64,000 bases of DNA. It comes from Octopus sinensis. Its lineage: Eukaryota. The notes below the pieces were generated by a model. It worked only from the letters and a program-made list of their open reading frames with translations. It searched no databases and had not been told where the DNA came from. The stretch lies in the NCBI RefSeq assembly GCF_006345805.1, contig NC_043004.1:19530001-19594000 (forward strand), written 5' to 3'. The first letter of the stretch is position 1, and each line of letters starts with the position of its first letter. The position numbers and the translations under genes are program-made. Shown in pieces: positions 1-11,406 of this stretch.

Positions 1-1834
1 GGAAAGTGACGGAAGTTGTTTTCTGCAGATTTCCAGAGTTTATTGCTCCTGAGCATCTGCCACATACAAAAACTATCTTCCCAGTTTGCCTTCTTTTGAC
101 ATTGCTGCACCTCTTATGTGTCCATAGCTTACACTGGGTACATCTTATAGAGTTTCTACCTACACCTTTTCTACAGATCGAGCAGGGCCATCTTCCTGAA
201 GACATTTGTGGTATATCTACCTTCCTACTTATTAGTACTTTGGTTTTAGCTAGGTTGACTCTAAGGCCCCTTGATTCTAATCCCTCCTTCCACACCTGGA
301 ACTTCTCCTCTAGTTCTGATAGTAACTCAGCAATTAGAGCAAGGTCGTCAGCATAGAGGAGCTCCCAGGGGCAACCTGTCTTGAATTCCTCCGTAATTGC
401 CTGGAGGACTATGATAAATAGGAGGGGGCTGAGGACTGAACCCTGGTGGACCCCAACCTCTACCTTGAATTCTTCTGTGTACATGTTGCCAACCCTAACC
501 TTACTTACGGCATCCCTGTACATGGCTTGCACAGCTCTCACCAGCCATTCATCTATCCCTAGTTTCCTCATTGACCACCAGATAAGGGATCGGGGGACCC
601 TGTCAAAGGCTTTCTCCATGTCAACGAAAGTCAGGTACAGAGTTTTATCTTTGGCTAGGTATTTCTCCTGCAGCTGTCTCATCAGAAATATGGCATCAGT
701 GGTGCTTTTCCCTGGCATGAAACCAAACTGCATCTTGTCCAAGTTGACTTTCTCCCTAATGAGTTGGGCTATGACCCTCTCTGTAACCTTCATTACCTGA
801 TCCAACAGCTTGATACCTCTGTAATTATTTGTATCTAGGGCGCCTCCTTTACCTTTGTAGCTGTTGACTATTATGCTGCTACACCAGTCATTGGGTATGA
901 CTCCTTCGTGTATCACCTGGTTAACTATACGGGTGACTAGGTTATAGCCGACACTGCCAGATATTTTGAGCATCTCTGCAGCAATTCCTGATGGGCCTTG
1001 GGCTTTCCCTGTCTTCATGCTTCTAATTGCCTTAACTACCAACGAATTGTCAACTCGGATGGCTGGTCCCTCTGTTGGGTTGACATTCGGCAGACTCTCT
1101 TTATCCCATTCATTTTCTTTATTCAGCAACCTTTCATAGCGGCATCTCCAAACCTCTCTCTTTCCATCCTCATTTAGCGCAAGTGAACCATCATCCATGC
1201 GGACACATTTCTCTCCTACCACATCACGATTCTCTCTCACACACTGTCTTGCAACACGAAATACCCCAAGTCTTTCATCCTCACGGCGCAGAACATTGGC
1301 AAATTTTTTCTTATCTGCTTCCCCTCTAGCTAAATAAACCTGTCTCCTAGCTTCCCTTTTGGCTGTCTGATACAATTCCCTGCTACCACCGTTCTTCCAG
1401 TCCCTCCAAGCCTGTTTCTTTTGTCTAATAGCCCTGTCAACCACATTATTCCACCACCACGTTACTCTGGGTCGAGATGTGACTTTGCTCCATCCACAGA
1501 TAAGATTGTCCCGTAGAAATTTCCAGTTGTCTTCCACATTAAGTGAAGCTATATCCCCTTCTATTTCGTCAAAGGCTTCGAGTAGTATGTCTCTAAATCT
1601 CTGTCCATTTGCAGGATCTTTAAGCTTCCAGACCCTTCTCCTCCAAGCTGGTCTTCTTCTGGGCAACCATTTAGCTCTGATCCTGAAGTTGCTAACTACT
1701 AATCTATGTTGAGGGGTACATTCTTCGCCTGGGAAGGTTTTGGCATTTATAAGCAGCCCTCTTTCCCTCTTTCTGGCGAGGATGTAGTCAATCTGGCTAG
1801 TGTGTCTGCCAGAACAGTAGGTGACTAGGTGAGA
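1..1834 (-). mobile_element. RTE-clade LINE, 5'-truncated, ORF (end of AP endonuclease + RT + PHD-like finger) intact and running off the left edge
   Basis: Manual translation of the minus frame 1843->2 gives 614 codons with no stop. It contains SQIDYIL and QHRLVV (APE C-terminus), TWWWNN, QFGFMPGKSTTDAIF, FVDMEKAFDRVP, GVHQGSVLSPLLF and ELLYADD (YADD at 355-344), then WPCSICRKGVGRNSIRCTQCKLWTHKRC. The ORF track misses it because no stop lies in the window. Confidence 0.95.
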
Positions 1835-1899
1835 GGTGAGATATTATATTAATATTCTTTCTAAACATTAGAAGACTGTTACAACTCAGTAACCAAACC

Positions 1900-2790
1900 A
1901 AAATTCTCTCTCTGAGAGACCTTGTGGCATGCAATGAAGCCTTATGCATAGCACTCATTGAAACACCTAAAACCTGACATCACTGATGCAGAAATACATG
2001 TACCAAAGTATGTTATATTGTGAAACAACAGAAAAGACAGGAGTCATGGTGGAGTTGCAATGTACATCCATGAAGACCTCACACCACAGATCCTTTACTC
2101 ATACTCAAACTCGGTGTGTGACACACTGATTGTTCATTTAAGACAATTTGATATAGTTATATGTATTACTTATGGCCCACCATATGCTCCAGATCAGACA
2201 GGCCTATTCAAAACCTTGCAAAATTAAAAAAAATGGTTCAAACCAAATTAGAACAGCACATCATTGTTCTTTTCATTGAAGAGTTCAACTTGCCCAGTGT
2301 AGGATGACCTGAAGGCCTTTTCCTCTCACGAATGATGTATGAACAAAGACAAGTAGAATCCCTGCTCAACCTTACCAACACATTATACATGGAGCAAGTA
2401 GTTCTAACCAGGGCAAACAATATCTCTGCTTGATCTGTTTCACAAACAGTATTGATCTCATTCATAATGTGAAAGTGGCATCAATCACAATTTAATAGAA
2501 CGTGTACCAAGTGAACCCACAGACATGCAGTCTATGAAAAGCACCCAAAATGTATCCAATCTGAGCTTCAATAAAGCTGACTGGAAATCGATTGAAAAAG
2601 AGCTCATCCAATAGTATTGGCCTCAGTGTCTCTCTACATCTGACGTCGTCTTGAGACTCAACGAATTCATATCTGCAATTCAATCCATATGCTACAGGAT
2701 TGTCCCAATGAGAAAGGCCACCACATATATGCACAAAATTCTCAGGGAGAGGGAAGTTCTTATGAGACAGCATACAAAGATTGCTGGGAA
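1900..2790 (+). mobile_element. Decayed CR1/L2-like LINE fragment (AP endonuclease region)
   Basis: Frameshifted translation reads ET-H-LKPDITDAEIHVPKY...RSHGGVAMYIHEDL...IVICITYGPP, matching APE domain motifs; many stops. Confidence 0.7.
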
Positions 2791-2799
2791 TCCATCAGG

Positions 2800-4905
2800 G
2801 CCTGTGGCTCAGTTTGAGCTCATTTCATCAATGGCTGATATTACATCACTCTCCTCTAGATTGATATTACCAATAATTGTCATTTCTTTGTGTTGAACAG
2901 AAGAACTCATCAGGCATAGCTATTTGCAAGTGTCCAATTGGAGTTGTCCCAACATTCTTGTATTGCATGTACAGTATTTCACTTACCCTCTGGGGGTCTG
3001 CAGTCCTTGAGCAGTGGCCCTATCTTGTACTGTATTGAATTAGACTCTTTTAGAAATCTATAGAAGTCTTTAAGGTTTGTCTTTATATTTTTGTCTGCCC
3101 TCTCCTTTTCATGAGATTTTTTGAGTTCATTTTTGGTCTTGAGCAATGTTGGTTTAAGATAGGATCTTCTTCTTATCTTTTAGTGGCTCATTTAGACGCC
3201 TTGAGACTTTTGTTCATCAGTAGAATCCTCCTGTTCCTGAGAATTATTTTTCTGTTGGTTTGGCATTCTTTCTAAAGCAAACTTACTGCATATGTCATGC
3301 ATGATTGCCATAAAGTGTTGTAGGTTTATGTTAATATCTTGCATTAAGAGGCTGTATGATCAGTTTTGTTTCCAATTAGTCTTATGAAATTTCAGGCTGG
3401 AGAGGAGTTGAATTGGGCATTCTTAGTAGCCTGCAGGCCTGCAGTTTTCTGCAAACCAGACATTGTCAGCTCTCTTAAGTTATGGTCCAAGTCAATCGTT
3501 GGTGTCTGCTTAAGATTATGGATGTCTACTGTGTTCTTTGTGAAGCAGAGGTCCAGGACATTTTTACCTCTTGTTGGGTGGTGCTCTGTTTGCTCCATAA
3601 TTAGTATGTTGTGAAGGTTGTCATCAACATTGTTTAACACTTCCATCTTTTTGTGGATCTCTTCAAATGAGTCCCCATGATTTGAAGCATCTGGTGAGTG
3701 ATATGTTGTACATATTACTATTTTCATCTGTTTAATGTATACCACCAGAATGTTACAGTTTGAGTGTGACAGCAGAGCTACAGGCTTGACATCTTCCCAG
3801 ATCTACATTGCTACTCCACTGTGAGTCCTTTCTATCCTGTCAGTTTGAAATAAGACTTATTTTGGTATGTATATCTCGGCTTCTGATATGTCAGTGTTCA
3901 GATGTGTTTTTGTTAGTGCCATGCATATTGCTTGATTATACGTTACTAAGTTTGTCAGGTTTGCATTGGTGGGACATTATGAGGCACCTGATACTCAGCA
4001 GGAGTGGAGGCGCAATGGCCCTGTGGATAGGGCAGCGGACTCGCGGTCATAGGATCGCGGTTTCAATTCCCAGACCGGGCGTTGTGAGTGTTTATTGAGC
4101 GAAAACACCTAAAAGCTCCACGAGGCTCTGGCAGGGGATGGTGGTAATCCCTGCTGTACTCTTTCACCACAACTTTCTCTCACTCTTACTTCCTGTTTCT
4201 GTTGTACCCGTATTTCAAGGGGCCGGCCTTGTCACTCTCTGTGTCACGCTGAATATCCCCGAGAACTACGTTAAGGGTGCACGTGTCTGTGGAGTGCTCA
4301 GCCACTTACACGTTAATTTCACGAGCAGGCTGTTCCGTTGATTCGGATCAACCGGAACCCTCATCGTCGTAACCGACGGAGTGCTTCCATCCAACTCAGC
4401 AGGAATGCAGGTGTGACATATAAGATGTCAGTAGTGGCCTCTGGTTTGATATATGCAGTAGTGTCAGAGGTAGTTATGAGCAGTGCAAGCACCATCCACT
4501 TAGTTCCATGGCTGTGACATCATATCTTGTGACCTGACCCTATGTCTTTGGTGTCAATGAAATCAGTACCACTCACATGGGACTTGGGATGAGCAAATCT
4601 ACAGCCTGTCTAAATGTCCCATGCCAGCAGGTACCTTTTGCATAGAACTTGCAGTCTGGTTTGGCTTTCTTGTTTCCAGAAACTCTGTCTTCACAAGTTC
4701 TATTTCTTCTTACCTTTTGTTTCTGCTCTCACACTGGGCTCACGTCCATTTTCTACTTGCCTGCTTGCTGTGTCTTCATTTTCATCTTTGGTTTCTTTTA
4801 TTTCTCCTGGTGGATCTTTGCTTTGCTGCTGTTGTTCTCCTTCATCTCACATTTGTTCAGTGATGATATCTGTTTTGCTTTGTTCCTCCCTCACAGCATC
4901 ACCCT
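2800..4905 (-). mobile_element. Decayed CR1/L2-like LINE (ORF1 remnant with CCCH-like finger + AP endonuclease), interrupted by a SINE
   Basis: ORF 3392-3745 reads IVICTTYHSP...PTRGKNVLDLCF...DHNL. 3800-3960 reads KTHLNTDISEAEIYIPK...THSGVAM. Around 4590-4660 the minus strand reads KPDCKFYAKGTCWHG...CRFAHPK. Confidence 0.7.
4004..4393 (+). mobile_element. tRNA-derived SINE (tRNA-Arg-like head), full length with target-site duplication
   Basis: Head GGAGGCGCAATGGCCCTGTGG...GGTTTCAATTCCCAGACC has A- and B-box-like motifs. An 11-bp TSD actcagcagga flanks it at 3993-4003 and 4394-4404. Confidence 0.85.
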
Positions 4906-5586
4906 AACCTGGATATGCAAAGAAAGAAAGAGAGAGAATATGAGGGTATGTATGTATAAATGAGTATATATAACAATGTATGTGTCTATATCATGTATGT
5001 CTCAATATGTGGTATTGAGTTTCAAAGTGTATATGTATCAATGTGCGTGTGTGTGTGTGTATATCAGTTTGTGTGGGTAGACGAATGTGTGTTTTGGTAA
5101 TAATTAACTCCAAGTTCAAAAACCGAAGAATTCTTAGTGGACAGTCATAGAAGCGTGGGGAATCAAGAGGCTTGAAATATGTTTTTATGGTTTTATTGCT
5201 AACTATTCCATCATCAGAGAGAGAGAATTAAAGAATATTAAAAAGATAAGAGATAGGAAATGGAATTCACTACAATTCTTTTGATTCATCCGGCACCCAT
5301 ACCTCACAGGTGAGATGCTGTACAATTGTCATGCATTATAGGTGCAGATGTGTCTCCTCAGCTGATTTTTCAAATTTACACTGGTTTGGAAACTTTGTGG
5401 TTTATTCTATCATCTCTAAGTACTGCGGCTTCCCCTGTTCTCTATCTTGGTACATTTAATACTAAAAATGTTAGGATGCCAGATTTGTTTCATATTGTTT
5501 TGTTTTTCTTATGACTATATCTGTATTTACATAATTTGTGAAATCGCCAACATCATCTTTTGAATTTGATTCCTGTTTGTAAGGTT

Positions 5587-7176
5587 CATCATCATCATCA
5601 TTTAACATCTGCTTTCCAGGGGTTGGATGGTTTGACACTAGCTGACCAGTCAGAGAGCTTCCCAGGCTCCATTTGTCCATTGTCCACTGTGTATTGAGTG
5701 CTTTTTATGTGGTACCAGCACTGGTGCTTTTATGTGGTGCCAGTATAAGTGACTTCGACATAGTACTGGCACGAGTGCTTCTTATGTGGCACCAGCATGA
5801 GTACTTCTTACATGGTCCAGCATTAGTGTGCTTTACATGGTGCTGTCACTAGTGCTTTTTATATTGCACCTGTGTGCAAGGACTTGCCTGTATCCATGGA
5901 TGGCCAGAGTTTTACTTAGCTTGATGTTTCTTCTCAAGCACAGCAAATCACTGTATGTCTTGGTCCCTCATCATCTCAGGCTCAATGTTGGAGATCTTTT
6001 CTCACAACCTTGTCCCATGTATTTCCTCCACAATTAGAGATTGGCACTTCTTGATTACAGCATACACATCACATCACCATACCAATGAGCTCTTCTCTCT
6101 TGTATGCAACATCTGATGCCTCATATGCCCAATTTTTCTCTTAAATCATTTACATTCTGTCGTACATGCCTACAGTCATTACCCATTTAGCAGAGCATGC
6201 TGGCTTCATTTCTTTCGAGCCTTCTCAGGTCCTCTGTAGTCATAGCCTGTGTTTCACTGCCATGCAGCATAGCTGTACATACACAGGCATCATGCTGTCT
6301 GCCTTTTACTCTGAGTGAGATTCCCTTTGTTACCAACATAGATAGTAACTCTGAACTTTACCCAGTCCATTCTTATTCTAGCAGTTGTGCTTTCAAAACT
6401 TCCTCCTTCACTGCTTACTTGGTTGTCTAGTTAGCAAAAGATATCTACTACTTCTAAGGATCCCTCCCCCAGCCATTTGATGAAATCTATTTTCTTTTCA
6501 TTCTTAGTATTTACAGTACTCACACATCTACCACACACTAAGACTACTCTCTCTGTTAACCTTCCTATGATACCACTCTCTTAAGTTTGTGTCTTATGTG
6601 TCCATAGCTTGCACTGGGTACACTGTATGGAGTTTCTATGTACACCTTTCTGATATATCAAGCAGGGCCATCTCTCTGAAGAGATTTGTGATGTTTTTCT
6701 CTTTATTAGGACTTTGGTCTTTGCTAAATTAACTTGAAGGCCCTTAGATTCCAGACCTTGCTTCCACACTTGAAATTTCCTCTCTAGTTTGAACAAGGTC
6801 ATCAGTATAGAGGAGCTCCCAAGTGCAGCCAATCTTGAATTCCTCTTTTATGGCCTGGCGGACTATAATAAAAACAAGAAGGGTCTGAAAATCAATCCTT
6901 TGTGAACATCTATTAATACACTATATTCATGCTATACTCATTGCTGACCTTCACCTTACTAACATCATCTCTGTACATGGCTTGTGCAGCTCTCACCAAC
7001 CACTCATAGATACAGAGCATCCGCATTAACCACCAGATGAGGGAGCAAGGGATCCCGTCAAAGGCTTTCTCCAAGTCTACAAAAGCCAAGTAAAGAGGTT
7101 TATTTTTGGTTAAATGCTTCTCCTGCAGTTGCTTTACCATCATAAATAGATATAGTGTATTTGCATTTAATGTCAT
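5587..7176 (-). mobile_element. Decayed RTE LINE (RT 3' half plus 3'UTR and (TGA)n tail), related to the element at 1-1834
   Basis: ORF fragments read KNKPLYLAFVDLEKAFDGIP and GLESKGLQVNLAKTKVL...WPCLIYQKGVHRNSIQCTQCKLWTHK. The 3'UTR has repeated gtgctttt(t)atgtgg units and a (cat)n tail at 5587-5601. Confidence 0.85.
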
Positions 7177-8104
7177 TTAAGAGAAGTTTCAAGTTAAAAC
7201 CTGGATAAAAAGTGAGTACTGAATCAGCAGTCAGGAATTACATTGACCTCAGTGACTCTGGGAATATGCATTCTGTGATCCTATTGTTAAAAACTTGTAA
7301 AATTCTCTGAGGAGTTTAATCTTAACAATAAATAAAGGCATTTCTGTCGCAACAAAGATATTTACAGCAACACAAGATATGCATCATATTAATACATTTG
7401 CTCTTCCTTAATGGTTCTCTTTGATTTTTATGGCTGAGGTATGGTGAAAGCTGTTTGTTATTATCACAGATCATGTTATCCAGTAGCTATTGTTATTTAA
7501 TTTAATGTCTCAAATACAAGAGTTTGTTATGTCATATCTTAATACTATCAGCCAGTTATTCTTATTTAAGTGGAACTGTCCCAAAGTGACCACAGTAAGT
7601 GCTTCCATGATAACATTTGAGTTTTAGCATGGTTTTCCTCCCCCAAAATTATTAAGCTATTAATTATTCTTTTATCTTGTTCCCACCACCACCATTTTCC
7701 CTCAGTGTGTTATTAATAATATTATTTAGTAATTTTATTTATTTTGTGAAAAATTAACATAATACATGTAAGATTTTTGTTTTAAACATAGATTCTTTTT
7801 TATTGTTTTTTCTACACAGAAAATCAACCGATTTTCAAAATGCTAACTCCTACTTCCTCTCAATATCATCAATCAGTAATTCATCTTGCAGATAGTTACT
7901 GAGGGTAATTTATTCTCTACTATCATAACTTGTGTTGTCAAGAATGTTGACAGTTTTATTTAATAAAAGAAATTAGTGCATGAAAACAATGGGCGAAGCC
8001 GTTGATAAAATCAGCAATTGAGTAAATATATGTACATACACAGAATTGTATCACTTTAACAATCAGATACAGTTGTAACATCTCGGTTGAAAATGTAATC
8101 ATCC

Positions 8105-8110
<6 letters not shown>

Positions 8111-8153
<43 letters not shown>
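8111..8153. repeat. (TA)n microsatellite
   Basis: Pure TA run; one of dozens in the window. Confidence 0.95.
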
Positions 8154-8160
<7 letters not shown>

Positions 8161-8199
8161 TTTACATTTCCATACATGGATCAGACAGATTTTGTATAA

Positions 8200-10110
8200 C
8201 CAGATACCATTCCCATTGCTTATCTTCACCTGCTTCCAATTAAGATAAATTTTCATTATGCTCAGAGTTGATTAATTGGAAGACTAGAAACAAAGAATAC
8301 CTCTTGCACGGTACTGACATTACCCTTGCCATACTTATCATATGTATGATCTCCTTAAGCACTTGATTGTGTCTTCAAATGTATATTCCTTGGGCTAGTG
8401 CTACTCTGTAAGAGCTCAGAACATGTTCCATTGTCAGTCTACCTTGGCAGAGTAAGCACTTAGGATTATATGATTTGCCTACTTCACTAGGTTTGCATTT
8501 GAAAGCAGGAGATCATAGATATGAGAATAAAATTTATTCTAAGAGGTGTTATGTACCACAAGTTGTTCCAGCTGAGACACTTCTGGAGTGCAGCTTGCCA
8601 TGTTGTCTACTGGCACTCTTGGCTCTGCTGTACTGCCTTCCGTATTTTTGTGGCATCCACTTCCTTTTCACCTCCAAAAGAATAAGATCTCTCTTCTGGC
8701 CTCTAACCAACATTCCAGTTTTGTTATGCCTAGTCTCTGTTGATTTGCCTGAGTGTGTCCCACTAGTTCTCTGATTGTAAAGCTTTCCTTTCCTACATCC
8801 ACCACCTTCTGGACTTCTCATTTCCTGTCTTCAGTTTGGGGTTGATCGATCTCACAACCTTGTCTTTCGAGTTTTCAAGCATGGTTAAGAGTCTTACTTT
8901 TCCGACTTTCTATTCCTCTTACGATGAACATGAGAAGCTTAGCTTGGCAATAGTAGAGTGCGACATTAGTAAGAACTGGTAGGATAGCAAACCACTTCTT
9001 TGTGTACTTGTTGATTTTGGCCTCCATGTCTTCCACTGTGCTAGTGCTGATATCATAAATCAACAGAGATCAGAGAATCTTTGGGATTGACCTGAGCTGC
9101 AAACACTAAACATTGTTTTTGCCAGAAAAGCCACACTAGTCTATGAGCTGCAGATCTTTTACCACCATTAGGTTGGTTTCAGTTGCTCTTTCCATATCTT
9201 TCAAAGTTTTGTCATACCACCTTGTGAAGCTTTTGACTGGCTCTTCTCCCAATGTGAACATGGCTATTTATGCTAATTTACCTTACCATAGAGTGAGGCT
9301 CTGGAATCTCCTTGGTTTGAACCTCGTTCTAGAAGACGCAACAACTTTGTTCAACTGTTTCAGCATCTTGCATGTTTCATCCTCCTTTCTGGAAAGGACT
9401 GTAGTGTTGCTCATAAAGGCTTTTAGAAGTGGCATCTGAAATCCTCTCCAAGTTTTGCTGAAACTGACCATCCCGTTGCTGCTTTCAGGACGACCTCCAT
9501 TGCCAACACAAACAATACAGGGGAGATTGTACATTCCGTTGTTATGCCAACTTCCGAATTGATCCAGGTGGTATGTACTCTTTGGTGGAGAATTGCAAGA
9601 GAAACCATGAAATACTTCACTTCTTGGATATTTTTTGAAAGATGATAGATCACAAGAGCTAGTTGAATCATTTTGTGTGCGACTGAACCCTAAGTATTCA
9701 CCAGATTGAGATGTATCACCTCAAGATCTCTCCTCTCTGCCCTAGCTCTTTGGATCATCTCCCAAGTCATTGAGGCATGTTCTACACAACCCAACACTCT
9801 AGGGATGCTTCCCTTCTGAACTGACATATCCAAGTACTAATTCTTTGTAAGATATTTATTTACTCTTGCTGCCTGTTAGATTCTTCCCTCAACATACAGA
9901 AGTGATGTTGGTTTTAATTCGCTGATGTCACTTGAATTCTGCTCTTTCGGAAAGTATATTCTTTTGGCTTTCATCCATTGGTCGCTGATCTTCAAGTTCT
10001 TCCATGCTGACCATATTAATTTTTGAACAACAGGTAGGGTATTCTGTTTGGTCCCTGGATCCTTTGACCACTTTCCTTACTGTAGCCATGTAATACAGAG
10101 TTTTTTGTTG
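8200..10110 (-). mobile_element. Decayed Hero/NeSL-type (RLE-class) non-LTR retrotransposon
   Basis: Frameshifted pieces read LIWSAWKNLKISDQWM...PKEQNS, SVQKGSIP..GCVEHA, WINSEVGITTECTISPVLFVLAMEVVL, PLLKAFMSNTT (FMDD decayed), AKINKYTKKW, QQSQQGQWTTWE and TMEHVLSS.RVALAQG...RHNQVLKEI. Confidence 0.8.
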
Positions 10111-10374
10111 AATGAATTGACCCCAATACTTATTTTTTTAGCCTATTAGCGAGGGCAGACACTGGCACAAAGCCACACACACTCAGGTATATACATGACG
10201 GGCTCCTTTCTGTTTTTCTGTACCAAATCCTCTCATGAGGATTTGGCTGGTTCAGGGTTGCATTGTGTGGTTGAGTAACAAACTTCTAACCACAACCATA
10301 CACAGATACAAGTGCCTACATGAACACATACACACACACACTCTCTCATGCATATACACTCTTGTATATATATA

Positions 10375-10690
10375 CATCAGTACATGTGCATAAGCACCAT
10401 CCGATCGTGGCCGTTGCCAGCCTCGCCTGGCCCCTGTGTCAGTGACATGTAAAAAGCACCATCCGACCGTGGCCGTTTGCCAGCCCCGGCTGGCACCTGT
10501 GCCGGTGGCACATAAAAACCACCCACTACACTCACGGAGTGGTTGGCGTTAGGAAGGGCATCCAGCTGTAGATACATTGCCAGATCAGACTGGGCCTGGT
10601 GCAACCTTCTGGCTTCCCAGACCCCAGTTGAACCGTCCAACCCATGCTAGCATGGAAAGCGGACGCTAAATGAAATGATGATGATGAATG
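10375..10690 (+). mobile_element. RTE-type LINE 3' end/3'UTR fragment
   Basis: Contains repeated gcacNtaaaaagcacc units, the motif ggttggcgttaggaagggcatccagctgtag and a (tga)n tail; same tail type as 5587-5870. Confidence 0.7.
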
Positions 10691-11364
10691 ATATATATAT
10701 AGGCATGTGTATGTATGCATGCGTGTGTAAATGTGTTTGCTTTTAATTTGTAAGATATACAAGAGTTAGTTCAGGAAAAGCAAAACTGGGAAATTGGAGT
10801 AAAATAAAAAATTCACATGTAACATGAATAATATTTTGAAAACAAAAAAAGTGTTATATGGAATTTCATATATATATGTGTGTGTGCGTGCATGTGTGAA
10901 ACTATTGAAGTAAATATTATTTATGATAAAAATGTGCGCAACAACTTGTGAGTAAAGCCTCTCATTATAGTTTGCCTGCATTTAGCATTTCTGACAGTCA
11001 CTCACTCTCACTCTTTTATTTTAGTTTTCTTCTGCCAGCATGATCAGTGTGAAATACACTGCATTTTATCATGTAAGATAAGATTAAATGAAGCATTTAG
11101 AAAACAGAAAGAACTTTCAGTTACAAAAGACAAACTGAACAACTGAGGTGCTGTTACAGCAGACAATAGAAACACTGCTGGATAATTTAGAAAACTTCAA
11201 ACTGTTTCATTGAGCATTATGAAACAAATGCAGAAAATAAAACAGAATGACTTCAGCTCATCAATTTATGAATTGATACAAATTCAATAGCTTCAAACGT
11301 TGGTGTTACTTGCTCAAAAAACAAAAACAAAAGAAGTATACAATAAATACATAGACACATAGCA

Positions 11365-11406
<42 letters not shown>

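Noticed and set aside
7820-7905. Apparent plus-strand exon (good acceptor ...ctacacag, donor GG|gtaatt)
   Set aside because: All three frames hit a stop before the donor, and the best peptide (ENQPIFKMLTPT...) resembles nothing I recognise. A poison or non-coding exon cannot be excluded without RNA-seq.
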